Positions 27,901-36,658 of a DNA stretch of 36,849 nt are shown here, piece by piece; position 1 is the stretch's first letter; the number at the start of each line of letters is the position of its first letter. The stretch comes from a virus (lineage: Duplodnaviria; Heunggongvirae; Uroviricota; Caudoviricetes), in IMG/VR virus record IMGVR_UViG_3300028912_000018; one strand, 5' to 3'. A model generated the notes under the pieces. It searched no databases and was not told the DNA's origin. It saw only the letters and a program-made list of their open reading frames with translations. The position numbers and the translations under genes are program-made.

Positions 27901-28088
27901 GACCTTCCTCCTTTGGCTTGTGAATTTGTATCGTCATGCCGCTTTGAGTGGTGACTACAATGACAGAACCAGGCTGAAGGCTATACTGACAATCCACTGT
28001 CCACTCCTGTAAGCCATATAAAACCAGATGAGCAAAACCTGAAGGAAGGCTATCCAGTCAATAATCGTATATTTCGCGAAGGAGACCA

Positions 28089-28661
28089 TCAATTAACCTC
28101 CTGCGGCGGTTCCGGTAGAGGCATCCAGTACAAGGCGTTCCCTAACCACGATAAAGTGCCGTCGCTCAACTCCACGTATTCCCCTTGTACCTGTCCTGCC
28201 ATATACTCGCCGTGCTTTGAATAAATTAAAATCCAATCATCTTGAGCGGGCATTCGCTCACTACAGCTTATCCAACCATCCGGAGTTACCGGATAGTTGC
28301 CCGACAGCTCGTTCAACTTGTAAGTTTGGCTTACAGGTTCGGCTTCCAGTTCTGCAATGCGCTTCTCTGCAGCTTCCAGCTCAACACGCAGCTTCCCTAC
28401 CGTTAGCGCAATATCCTCGTTCTCCTGGTCGCGGCGTTTGATGTATTGCTGGTTTCTTTCCCGTTCATCCAGCAGTGCCAGCACGGTTTCTGGTCCGGTC
28501 AGAAATTTGAAGGCGTTGAGCGCATCAATATCCACACCGTAATCTTTAAGTTCCTGTTCACTTAACAAATCATCATCAACTGGCAACATTAACAGGCGAT
28601 CCATTGCCGGAATTGCACGCTCTGCCTCCTCACGCAGTGCCTGATAGTCAATCTTGCTCAC
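28089..28661 (-). CDS. Ead/Ea22-like early protein with DUF551-like C-terminus
   Basis: 190 aa; N-terminal MSKIDYQALREEAERA; C-terminal WISCSERMP motif. Confidence 0.55.
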   Translation of the reverse strand: MSKIDYQALREEAERAIPAMDRLLMLPVDDDLLSEQELKDYGVDIDALNAFKFLTGPETVLALLDERERNQQYIKRRDQENEDIALTVGKLRVELEAAEKRIAELEAEPVSQTYKLNELSGNYPVTPDGWISCSERMPAQDDWILIYSKHGEYMAGQVQGEYVELSDGTLSWLGNALYWMPLPEPPQEVN

Positions 28662-29359
28662 TGGTTGCCTCCTTTGCGAAGCTGGGCAGCAAAGTCAACT
28701 AACCACTCAGTCATTTCAACCTTCCCTACCAGGTCTGAACCAGGGTGCATACAGCAATCACTCTGCGCCGCTTTGAAATCCTTATACTCATATTCTTGGG
28801 CCACCAGATTTTTTGCAGCTTCTATAGCAGCATCCACGCCCTGCGCCCGCACTTCAGCCAGGCATTTGCGAAACTCGGAAACGTACTGTTCGACGCTCAT
28901 TCCCCAGCTAAGTGGACATTCATTGAATGTTTCGCCTTCGTGCTCTTCATCAGGTAGCTCTTTGGTAAAGAACTCACGTTCAATGGCGTGGAGTGTGTCA
29001 GCAAAACGACGTAAGTTACTCAAACCTGTCGTAATGGAGAATTCAGGAGCATCACATCCGACGCCCATCTGCTGATAAACGGCGGTTTTGAAGGCCTTCA
29101 GCCCCGCATTCTCCGCCGCCAACGCCGAAAACTTCTCGTGTGCCAACTTAACAGCCGCATCAGCCTGCTTAATTGACTCAATCGCTTTCTGCTGGTCTTC
29201 GGCCAGCGCATTAGCACGCACCAGTTGCACTTCCAGTTGCGTTGCCAAATCGCTGATCAGCTTTGCCACACTGCGCATATCAACGGCACCACATTCTGCT
29301 TTCAGTTCCGAAGCCATCTCATGCCCGGCGGAAACTAACCCTTTGATATTACTTTCCAT
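28658..29359 (-). CDS. hypothetical early protein (coiled-coil, Ea22-like?)
   Basis: 233 aa; overlapping start/stop with neighbour. Confidence 0.45.
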   Translation of the reverse strand: MESNIKGLVSAGHEMASELKAECGAVDMRSVAKLISDLATQLEVQLVRANALAEDQQKAIESIKQADAAVKLAHEKFSALAAENAGLKAFKTAVYQQMGVGCDAPEFSITTGLSNLRRFADTLHAIEREFFTKELPDEEHEGETFNECPLSWGMSVEQYVSEFRKCLAEVRAQGVDAAIEAAKNLVAQEYEYKDFKAAQSDCCMHPGSDLVGKVEMTEWLVDFAAQLRKGGNQ

Positions 29360-29420
29360 CTTTACCCTCGCTTATCCACATAACTTATTGATTACATTGA
29401 TAACTAAAAAGATCGTCGAT

Positions 29421-29765
29421 TCAGAACTCTTCGATGTTCCAGCCGCCACCTGCTTTCTTTGGTTTAACCGTTACCCCGATTATTCGGAACGGATACTGAT
29501 CTGCGGCGACTTTTGTTTTCACTCTGGCGTCGTCGGTCCAGAAACCTTTCACTTCGTGCAGTTCCATCTCGCCGGTAGCGAGCATCACAGCAAAATCGGG
29601 CGTATAGAACGTGTTGTCAGCTAACCGCAGCTTGATACCCTCGAATCGATACCAAGCGATTTCCCCTGCACGTTTACGCTGCTCAAGGTGCTGGCAATAC
29701 GCAGATTCTGTTTTGTTCATCTGGCCTGTTTTGAGTCGACCAAGAGCCTGTATCTGTTTTCTCAT
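29421..29765 (-). CDS. DUF1064-like protein (putative nuclease)
   Basis: 114 aa; pattern AYCQHLEQRKRAGEIAWYRFEGIKL. Confidence 0.5.
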   Translation of the reverse strand: MRKQIQALGRLKTGQMNKTESAYCQHLEQRKRAGEIAWYRFEGIKLRLADNTFYTPDFAVMLATGEMELHEVKGFWTDDARVKTKVAADQYPFRIIGVTVKPKKAGGGWNIEEF

Positions 29766-29767
29766 GA

Positions 29768-29846
29768 TTTACCTCTGAGGTAATTAAAAACCACATAAGA
29801 CACGAAATCAATAGATTTTAGAATATTTTATTACCCATTAGGTAAT
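29768..29846 (-). promoter_or_regulatory. two operator palindromes with a minus-strand promoter between P and the nin-like block
   Basis: TTTACC-TCTGA-GGTAAT (29768-29784, overlaps SD) and ATTACC-CATTA-GGTAAT (29830-29846). Confidence 0.45.
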
Positions 29847-29882
29847 CATTGAGACGTAAAAAAATGCGCTATCGCGCTGGTA

Positions 29883-30659
29883 TTACTTGATAAATCCTGC
29901 CGCCTTTCCCCGCCTGTATTCCTCCATCAGCCACTGCGCCGGTGTTATTCCCCCTAGGGTGGCGGCGTTAGGCATGCACCCGAAACTTCGCCCTGGTGGA
30001 TGGTAAACGTCTCTCCCTGTGTCCGGAGGTGTACTCATGGGCTCTGGCTTTGCCTGTATGCTGATCACCGGATCGGGTATCTGCTGTCCGGAAGCCACCT
30101 TTTTCGCCCAATCATCGAGCAGCCTGCGCGCGTGTTTCTCAACCTCACTCTCGCTAAGCTGGCGCTGATACATTGCACGACGGGTATCACATACGACCCA
30201 GTACATAACCGGATGCCGCCACGGGAATCTTTCGGGACCACCAGGATATAAACTTTTTTCCTTGCTGTACCGGTGAAACTCCGCCATCACATCGTCAATG
30301 GTGACGCCAAGAACCATCTTGCTGTCTTTGCACCACTTGATGAATTGCCCTGGCGACGGCCAGAACGGAGATTCACTGGCGCGGGCGTGGCGCATACCAG
30401 CGTTAACCTGTTCCATTGTAGTGATCCCATTCTCCAGAAACGCAAGCATCCATTGCTTACGGAATTCATTAAGTTTGTTCTGCTCCCTTATGGTCGAAAC
30501 GCTTGCAGGAAATGCAGCCTGTAACTGGACAAATAGTTCATTGAAAATTCTAGCAACCTGCTCCTTTTTGCCATTGCTGTCACGCCGCTCTTCATGCACA
30601 GCAACACCATGCTCACGTAAGCGATCGTACTCATTGAGAAGTTCTGGAGTTGATTTCAT
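29883..30659 (-). CDS. P: replication protein P-like (DnaB helicase loader)
   Basis: 258 aa; LAF(L/R)ENGITTMEQVNAGMR and PSPGQF segments match lambda P as I recall it. Confidence 0.8.
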   Translation of the reverse strand: MKSTPELLNEYDRLREHGVAVHEERRDSNGKKEQVARIFNELFVQLQAAFPASVSTIREQNKLNEFRKQWMLAFLENGITTMEQVNAGMRHARASESPFWPSPGQFIKWCKDSKMVLGVTIDDVMAEFHRYSKEKSLYPGGPERFPWRHPVMYWVVCDTRRAMYQRQLSESEVEKHARRLLDDWAKKVASGQQIPDPVISIQAKPEPMSTPPDTGRDVYHPPGRSFGCMPNAATLGGITPAQWLMEEYRRGKAAGFIK

Positions 30660-31461
30660 CCCACACCCCTTCTATCCAGTCAGTGTTATTCCAGTCAAGC
30701 TCATCGCTTTTCCCGGCATTTTTTGATTTTCCCCTGATATGATTTACGTGCCTGGCGAATTTTTGTTCCCACTGAACCTGCGTGAACACTTTGCCCTCAG
30801 CCATCCAGTAATCCCGGAATGCAGCAAGTTCAGCAGGTGTAAATTCCGGTTCCGGCAGGGCCGTTCCCCACAGCGCAGCACGCCGCCGAAAATCTGGCGA
30901 CGGTAGCCAGCCATCTGTCATCGGAAATTTCCCGATGGGTTCACTCAGGCCATCCAGAAATTCAGGTTCTGCCACCTGCAACGGCGTACTGTTCGCTTCA
31001 CTGGTCGGAGCACCCTCGCGCACGTGCGCTATGTGTGGGGTTTTATATATATCTTCCTCTTCCTCTTCCTCTGGTAACTCCTTTTGTAACGCTGTTGGCG
31101 TTACTTTTTGCGTTACTCGTTTTCGATGCTCTGCCACTCTTCTATTCGTAAGTGCACGTTTTTTCGATGATTCTCCATTGTGTCGCTCAAAGTTTGGAAG
31201 AATTAGTTTGCCGTCATGATAAGCAAGCCATCCGACGCTAATGAGGGCGTCAGCAAATCCTGTAATAAAAGCGAGTCTATCAAGTACTCCTTTTGTAACG
31301 CTGCCAGCGTTACCGTCTATTGTTTGCTGGTCAGCCCATGCCCATATACGAACCAGCTTTCCAAGAACAGCATCTGGATCAATACCCAGAATTTCTGCTA
31401 TCTGAAAAATTTCAGGTTTATCAGGAGTGATAACTTCAACCTTAATCCAGCTGCTTGCCAT
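30631..31461 (-). CDS. replication initiator O-like, with DnaT-like C-terminal region
   Basis: start moved to ATG 31461 (GAGGGG SD); poly-Glu linker; iterons inside the gene. Confidence 0.6.
   Translation of the reverse strand: MASSWIKVEVITPDKPEIFQIAEILGIDPDAVLGKLVRIWAWADQQTIDGNAGSVTKGVLDRLAFITGFADALISVGWLAYHDGKLILPNFERHNGESSKKRALTNRRVAEHRKRVTQKVTPTALQKELPEEEEEEDIYKTPHIAHVREGAPTSEANSTPLQVAEPEFLDGLSEPIGKFPMTDGWLPSPDFRRRAALWGTALPEPEFTPAELAAFRDYWMAEGKVFTQVQWEQKFARHVNHIRGKSKNAGKSDELDWNNTDWIEGVWDEINSRTSQ
31077..31313. repeat. candidate origin iterons inside the O-like gene
   Basis: ACTCCTTTTGTAACGCTG at 31077-31094 and 31286-31303; each runs into a palindrome (31086-31104; 31295-31313); extra half-site GCGTTAC 31110-31116. 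Confidence 0.5.
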
Positions 31462-31654
31462 AGGTTTCCCCTCTTGCACTCTTTAGTGCACAAGCAAATT
31501 CATTACGATGGCGGTTGGCGCTATTCATTGCACATTCAACACATGTTCCGTTCAGAACATACCTTTCAGAGAGATGGCCGTGACGGCACCGCTTTCCTGT
31601 GAAATAGCGATTTAACCCGGCTTTTGCGGCCTCCATTCTGGTTACTATCTTCAA
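31442..31654 (-). CDS. small Cys-containing protein in the cII position
   Basis: 70 aa; CRHGH...CVEC motif; start ambiguous. Confidence 0.35.
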   Translation of the reverse strand: MKIVTRMEAAKAGLNRYFTGKRCRHGHLSERYVLNGTCVECAMNSANRHRNEFACALKSARGETYGKQLD

Positions 31655-31731
31655 TTTTTCCGCCCCTTTTTGTTATTGATATTGGCTATTTTGCACAATT
31701 GGAAAATTTGATCAACCAGATTTGGTTTTTT

Positions 31732-31748
31732 ATTACCTTTGAGGTACG
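31732..31748. promoter_or_regulatory. operator-like site ATTACC-TTTGA-GGTACG (imperfect)
   Basis: between cro and the cII-position gene. Confidence 0.35.
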
Positions 31749-31802
31749 AATAGATATGAAAAGACCGCCGGATGGCGGTCTACAGAGGGTTGTGGCTGGA
31801 TA

Positions 31803-32033
31803 TCATGAGTAGAAGAAGTATGCCAGTTCTGCTTTTGAGCGCAGCCATTGTCTTGTTTTACAGGCTTTAAAAAGCCCATTCATCAATACCTTACCTGGCA
31901 TTTTGCGCTTACCTGTTAAGTGAGTCTGGATATAGTGACTCGTCGTTCCGGCTTCCTGTGCGAAGGCTTCACGCTCATCCGGAGTAAGTGCAAGCCAGTG
32001 CTTTTTGAAATCGAAATGTCCGTTATCGCTCAT
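31803..32033 (-). CDS. cro: Cro-like repressor
   Basis: 76 aa; divergent from repressor gene across the operator cluster. Confidence 0.6.
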   Translation of the reverse strand: MSDNGHFDFKKHWLALTPDEREAFAQEAGTTSHYIQTHLTGKRKMPGKVLMNGLFKACKTRQWLRSKAELAYFFYS

Positions 32034-32068
32034 AGCTATTGCCTGATATTTATTTCAGATAATAAATA

Positions 32069-32133
32069 TTCACCCATAAGGTAACAAAAATCAAGGATAG
32101 TTACCTATGGGGTGCATTTACCTGTTGGGTAAT
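32069..32133. promoter_or_regulatory. three-site OR-like operator cluster
   Basis: TTCACC-CATAA-GGTAAC (32069-32085), GTTACC-TATGG-GGTGCA (32100-32116), TTTACC-TGTTG-GGTAAT (32117-32133). Confidence 0.6.
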
Positions 32134-32187
32134 ATTGCTTTAAATTGAATCATCTACTGATTCATATATGAGGCGATTTTCCAGAAA

Positions 32188-32772
32188 ATGAAAAGTATCC
32201 AGGACGTCCGCAGGCAAAATCTCAACGACTTGATCGACCGTGAATTCAATGGTGTTCAGACGCGGATGGCAGAAAAACTTGGAACTCAGGCAAATCTGGT
32301 AAACCGCTGGGCTCTTGGCAAGAAGGTTATCGGCGACCAGGTTGCGCGAAAAATTGAAGCTGCCGCCAATAAACCACGTAACTGGCTTGATATCGATCGC
32401 TCGCTTTCTCAGGAAGGTTTTCAGCCTGTCGGCCCAAGCGACATTGGTCAGCTGGCGGCTCACAACCTGGAACGCTGGATGAGCGAAAGCCGCGACCTTT
32501 CAACACAGGGAAAACTTCACCGCGCATCCGGCGTCGCCCAGGTGACAATCAGCCGCCTGTTAAACAATGAGGTCAGCGTTTCCATTTCCACCCTGGAGAA
32601 TGTTGCATCCGCATTCGGGCGTCACGGATATGAACTACTGATTCACCCGCACGACCCTGCGACTATCAACTATGACCGCTCACGCTACGCATTGTTACCC
32701 GAAACCGAGAAAGCAAAGATCGAAAGTTACATTGAATTTGTCATCAACCAGAACGAAAAAAACAAACAATAA
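32188..32772 (+). CDS. prophage repressor with two HTH-like segments, no S24 peptidase domain
   Basis: 194 aa; HTH-like segments around RMAEKLGTQANLVNRW and ASGVAQVTISRLL; no GDSM/Ser-Lys autocleavage motif. Confidence 0.7.
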   Translation: MKSIQDVRRQNLNDLIDREFNGVQTRMAEKLGTQANLVNRWALGKKVIGDQVARKIEAAANKPRNWLDIDRSLSQEGFQPVGPSDIGQLAAHNLERWMSESRDLSTQGKLHRASGVAQVTISRLLNNEVSVSISTLENVASAFGRHGYELLIHPHDPATINYDRSRYALLPETEKAKIESYIEFVINQNEKNKQ

Positions 32773-32794
32773 AACTATAGTTTTCAGTAAGTAA

Positions 32795-32816
32795 GCCGCC
32801 TCATGGCGGCTTTTTT
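32795..32816 (+). terminator. intrinsic terminator after the repressor gene
   Basis: GCCGCC-TCAT-GGCGGC then TTTTTT. Confidence 0.7.
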
Positions 32817-32828
32817 ATTGCCAGATAG

Positions 32829-32907
32829 ATTACCTTACGGGTAATTTTTTTAACTCATATCTATTGACACCAAACCAAATAAGCATAATTATTACCTCAA
32901 CGGTAAC
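32829..32907 (+). promoter_or_regulatory. pL-like promoter (-35 TTGACA at 32864-32869) flanked by two operators
   Basis: ATTACC-TTACG-GGTAAT (32829-32845) and ATTACC-TCAAC-GGTAAC (32891-32907). Confidence 0.55.
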
Positions 32908-32925
32908 AGACCGAGGTAACAAGTT

Positions 32926-33078
32926 ATGCAGTGGAAAATCATCAACGGTTGGTACTGCGTTACTGCATGCGGATTCATGAGCTGGAAGTTCCGCACCTTA
33001 CAGGAAGGCATTAAGTGGGCTTTCGTCAGCAAAGAAGCTCGCGATGTAGCCAACGATAACGAGATATGGGAGGGCTGA
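32926..33078 (+). CDS. small Trp-rich hypothetical protein (50 aa)
   Basis: hand-translated; GAGG SD; below ORF-track cutoff. Confidence 0.3.
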   Translation: MQWKIINGWYCVTACGFMSWKFRTLQEGIKWAFVSKEARDVANDNEIWEG

Positions 33079-33080
33079 TA

Positions 33081-33380
33081 ATGAACGTTAATCAGCAGAA
33101 AAATCTTCAAAAAATCATGCTGGCATTCGACAAGGACTACCGCCTGTCAGAACAGCTATATGACCGACAAGTTGAACTGATTGAGAGCATCCGACTTCAT
33201 CAACTGTCCTCAACTTTCGACGTTGTAACAGGCAAAGGCGTTCGTCAGGAAGTGCTGGAGGCTGCTAAAGACAGCCCTGAGTTCGAAGAACTGATGGATG
33301 CCTACCGGCGCGAGGCAATGGCAATTATAGCGCGCTGGGATCTGGCGGATCAGCTTGATGGGCAGAGGGACGCGGCATGA
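33081..33380 (+). CDS. hypothetical early protein
   Basis: 99 aa from ATG 33081; overlaps downstream start. Confidence 0.45.
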   Translation: MNVNQQKNLQKIMLAFDKDYRLSEQLYDRQVELIESIRLHQLSSTFDVVTGKGVRQEVLEAAKDSPEFEELMDAYRREAMAIIARWDLADQLDGQRDAA

Positions 33381-34276
33381 TGCGGAACGCTGGAATCATG
33401 GATAGAACAAAATACATCGGAGGAAGCGATGTTGCAGGGATTCTTGGAATTAGCCCATGGCGCACCCCGCTTGAGGTTTATCTGGATAAGGTCCAGCCAC
33501 GTGTCAAACCAGTAGACCCAAGCAAGCAGAAAGTTTTCACGCGTGGCCAGCGTATGGAGCCATACGTAATAGACCTGCTTTCTGAGGAAACAGGGATGGA
33601 AATCGTTCATCGCGGAAACCGCTATATCCACCGTGATTACGATTTTATTGCAGCTGAGATCGATGCAGAAGCAGCGTCAGGCGAGAACATTGAGATCAAA
33701 ACAGTTAGTCCGTTCAAAGCCAAAGAATGGGGAGAAATCCAGACAGATGCAATTCCTGTGCATTACACGGCCCAGGCCATGCACGGGTTGATGGTTACAA
33801 ACAAACAGGTATGCGTTTTCGGTGTGCTTATCGGTGGCGACGACTTCCGAATCTATCGGGTTGAGCGTGATGAAGAAACTATCCAGGCGATCTTAGAAAA
33901 AGAAATCGCTTTCTGGGACCGAGTGAAAAATCTTAACCCGCCGGAAGCTACCAGCGTAAGCGATGTATCGCTGATGTTTGAGAAAGATGCCGGGACAAGT
34001 ATCGAGGCTGACGGAAAGGCACTCGCACTATTCAACGATCTACGAGACATGAAATCACGCAGAAAATCACTGGAAGAAGAAATAGCTATATCAGAAGAGA
34101 AGCTGAAGATGTACATGCAAGAGCACTCAGTCCTGACCCTGGACGGAAAGCCGCTCTGCACATGGAAATCTCAGATCAGCAACAGATTCGACCAGAAGCT
34201 ATTCCAGTCAGTACACCCTGAGTTATTCGAAAAATTCAAAACAACAACGACACAACGCGTCTTCAGAATGAAGTAA
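33377..34276 (+). CDS. YqaJ-like recombination exonuclease
   Basis: 299 aa; PD-(D/E)XK-type pattern; paired with recT. Confidence 0.75.
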   Translation: MMRNAGIMDRTKYIGGSDVAGILGISPWRTPLEVYLDKVQPRVKPVDPSKQKVFTRGQRMEPYVIDLLSEETGMEIVHRGNRYIHRDYDFIAAEIDAEAASGENIEIKTVSPFKAKEWGEIQTDAIPVHYTAQAMHGLMVTNKQVCVFGVLIGGDDFRIYRVERDEETIQAILEKEIAFWDRVKNLNPPEATSVSDVSLMFEKDAGTSIEADGKALALFNDLRDMKSRRKSLEEEIAISEEKLKMYMQEHSVLTLDGKPLCTWKSQISNRFDQKLFQSVHPELFEKFKTTTTQRVFRMK

Positions 34277-34285
34277 GGAGAAAAA

Positions 34286-35308
34286 ATGTCTATCAATGCA
34301 CTTAAGGCAGCGGCTACCGGTAACCAAGTTGCACATCATAATGAGAAACCAACAACTCTGGCCGGACTTCTGGCAGACCCAAAAATTAAAGCTCAGATGG
34401 CTTTGGCACTTCCAAAGCACATGACAGCAGACCGTCTGGCGCGCATAGCAACCACAGAGATCAGAAAGGTTCCAAAACTTGCATCATGCGACCAAGCCAG
34501 CTTCCTGGGGGCAATTATGCAATGTGCCCAATTGGGTCTTGAACCAGGCGGAGCTCTTGGACACGCTTACCTGATACCGTTCGACAAACGCCAGAAAGTA
34601 AATGGAAGATGGGAAACCGTATCTACAGAAGCACAGCTGATTATCGGCTATCGCGGAATGATTGACCTTGCCCGCCGCTCTGGGCAGATCCTGAGTATCT
34701 CGGCTCGTACCGTACATACAAACGACAAATTCAGCTACTCATACGGCCTGGAAGAAACGCTCGAGCATTTACCTTGCGAAACAGGTGACCGCGGAGAATT
34801 AACGCACGTTTACGCCGTTGCACGACTGAAAGATGGCGGAGTCCAATTTGAAGTTATGAGCCGGGCAGACATTGAGAAAGTTCGTGCACTGAGCAAAGCC
34901 GGTAGCAGTGGCCCATGGGTTGATCACTTCAATGAGATGGCTAAAAAAACAGTAATTCGCCGACTATTCAAATATCTTCCTGTTTCTATTGAAATGCAGA
35001 AGGCTGTTGTTATGGATGAGCACGCTGAAGCTGGACTTAGCCAAGATAACGCAGCTGTTATCACTGGTGAATATTCCGTAGTTGACGATGAGCGTCAACA
35101 CCTGTCGCCAATTTCAGATTCAGAACGAGAAGAAGCTCGAGAATATATCATCGCGATACTTAATAGCCTGGATCCATCTGCTGAAGATGCAAAAACGATG
35201 TTCAAGCGCGCTGAAAATGAGATTAACACCATGGCTGAAAAGCTCGGTGATGAATATCACCAAAAATTCATGATGACGCTTAACGATATGCGTCCAGAAT
35301 TCGAGTAA
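34286..35308 (+). CDS. recT: RecT-family single-strand annealing protein
   Basis: 340 aa; AAGGAG SD; RecT-like core; follows exonuclease. Confidence 0.8.
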   Translation: MSINALKAAATGNQVAHHNEKPTTLAGLLADPKIKAQMALALPKHMTADRLARIATTEIRKVPKLASCDQASFLGAIMQCAQLGLEPGGALGHAYLIPFDKRQKVNGRWETVSTEAQLIIGYRGMIDLARRSGQILSISARTVHTNDKFSYSYGLEETLEHLPCETGDRGELTHVYAVARLKDGGVQFEVMSRADIEKVRALSKAGSSGPWVDHFNEMAKKTVIRRLFKYLPVSIEMQKAVVMDEHAEAGLSQDNAAVITGEYSVVDDERQHLSPISDSEREEAREYIIAILNSLDPSAEDAKTMFKRAENEINTMAEKLGDEYHQKFMMTLNDMRPEFE

Positions 35309-35357
35309 CCACCACCGCGGTGCCACACGCGCCGCACTGCAACCAAGAGAGGTATTT

Positions 35358-35606
35358 ATGAAAGGTGCATTAGGTAAGAAGGAACTCCTGGCGGTGGTGC
35401 CACTGTCATGGAGCACTATCGACCGTATGGAGCGCGCAGGGGAATTTCCTAAACGCTGGTATATCACTGACAAACGCTGCGCATGGAACCGTGACGAAGT
35501 TGAGCGTTGGCTTGATGAACGTCAGGCAGCAAGCCCGGCAGAGTTCCAGGGTAAAAAACCTCCTGTTCAGCAACGTGTATATCGTCCCGTGAGCAACGCT
35601 GCATGA
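35358..35606 (+). CDS. AlpA-family HTH protein (excisionase-like regulator)
   Basis: 82 aa; pattern LSWSTIDRMERAGEFPKRWYITDKRCAWNRDEVERWL. Confidence 0.6.
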   Translation: MKGALGKKELLAVVPLSWSTIDRMERAGEFPKRWYITDKRCAWNRDEVERWLDERQAASPAEFQGKKPPVQQRVYRPVSNAA

Positions 35607-35748
35607 GTGCGCTGCTAAGGCACTGGAGCAAATGGTCAGGATGGTACTTATTCCTGGCCTCTGTTTCAGCATGGCTTTATCTGCTGGCATTAATTTTCAG
35701 AGAAGGTTGGATTAAGTGAGAAAGTTAAGCCGACTTGAAAAATATCAC

Positions 35749-36015
35749 ATGAATAAGGTTTCAATGCGCAGTCCGTCAAAGATTGTCGCCGTTACTCCTG
35801 CGGCGATAGAGATCGAAAAACGCGCGATTGAAAGAGAGAAAAAAGGGCAATTCCGCATTGCCGCTCACCTTTGGCTTCAGTGTATGGATGTTGCTTCTGG
35901 TGATGTTGAACGTGCAAGGATCGCGGTTCGCAGGGACCAATGTATCACAAAAGGTAACGGCCTTCGCCGTGGCGACTATAGCGGCATAGGATGTTGCGGG
36001 GTGGTTTATGACTAA
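35749..36015 (+). CDS. PerC-like small regulator (start uncertain, 35749 or 35764)
   Basis: pattern EKKGQFRIAAHLWLQCMDV...ARIAVRRDQC resembles PerC-family activators. Confidence 0.4.
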   Translation: MNKVSMRSPSKIVAVTPAAIEIEKRAIEREKKGQFRIAAHLWLQCMDVASGDVERARIAVRRDQCITKGNGLRRGDYSGIGCCGVVYD

Positions 36016-36658
36016 GAAATACACACTAATCTATGCAGATCCACCCTGGGTATACCGGGACAAAGCCGCAGATGGTAATCGCGGTGCCGGTTTTAAATAT
36101 CCGGTTATGAGTGTGCTGGATATCTGCCGCCTTCCTGTGTGGGATTTGGCCGATGAAAACTGTCTGTTGGCCATGTGGTGGGTGCCAACACAACCACTCG
36201 AAGCACTAAAAGCTGTTGAAGCCTGGGGATTCCGTCTGATGACGATGAAGGGCTTCACGTGGATAAAATGTGGTAGTCGACAACCAGATAAACTGGTTAT
36301 GGGTATGGGACACATGACTCGCGCCAATAGTGAAGATTGCCTGTTTGCGGTAAAGGGAAAACTACCTACGCGCATTAATGCAGGGATCGTTCAGTCATTT
36401 ATCGCACCGCGGCTTGAGCATTCAAGAAAGCCAGATGTCGTTCGTGAAAAACTTGTGCAATTGTTAGGCGATGTTTCTCGCATTGAACTGTTCGCCCGCC
36501 AGTCGTCTCATGGTTTCGATGTTTGGGGTAATCAGTGCGAAGACCCGGCAGTGCAACTACACCCTGGATACGCGTTGGATATTGCCAGATTAACAAATGC
36601 ATTCAGCAATTCTCCGCTGTCACCAACAGACAACCAGGGGCGGGAGCGTGCTGCATGA
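36008..36658 (+). CDS. MT-A70-family N6-adenine DNA methyltransferase (orphan)
   Basis: 216 aa; catalytic motif in IYADPPW. Confidence 0.75.
   Translation: MTKKYTLIYADPPWVYRDKAADGNRGAGFKYPVMSVLDICRLPVWDLADENCLLAMWWVPTQPLEALKAVEAWGFRLMTMKGFTWIKCGSRQPDKLVMGMGHMTRANSEDCLFAVKGKLPTRINAGIVQSFIAPRLEHSRKPDVVREKLVQLLGDVSRIELFARQSSHGFDVWGNQCEDPAVQLHPGYALDIARLTNAFSNSPLSPTDNQGRERAA

Noticed and set aside
31756-31812. 18-aa plus-strand ORF between cro and the cII-position gene
   Set aside because: Too short, overlaps a perfect hairpin (31763-31782) that more likely acts as a tR1-like terminator for the minus strand.
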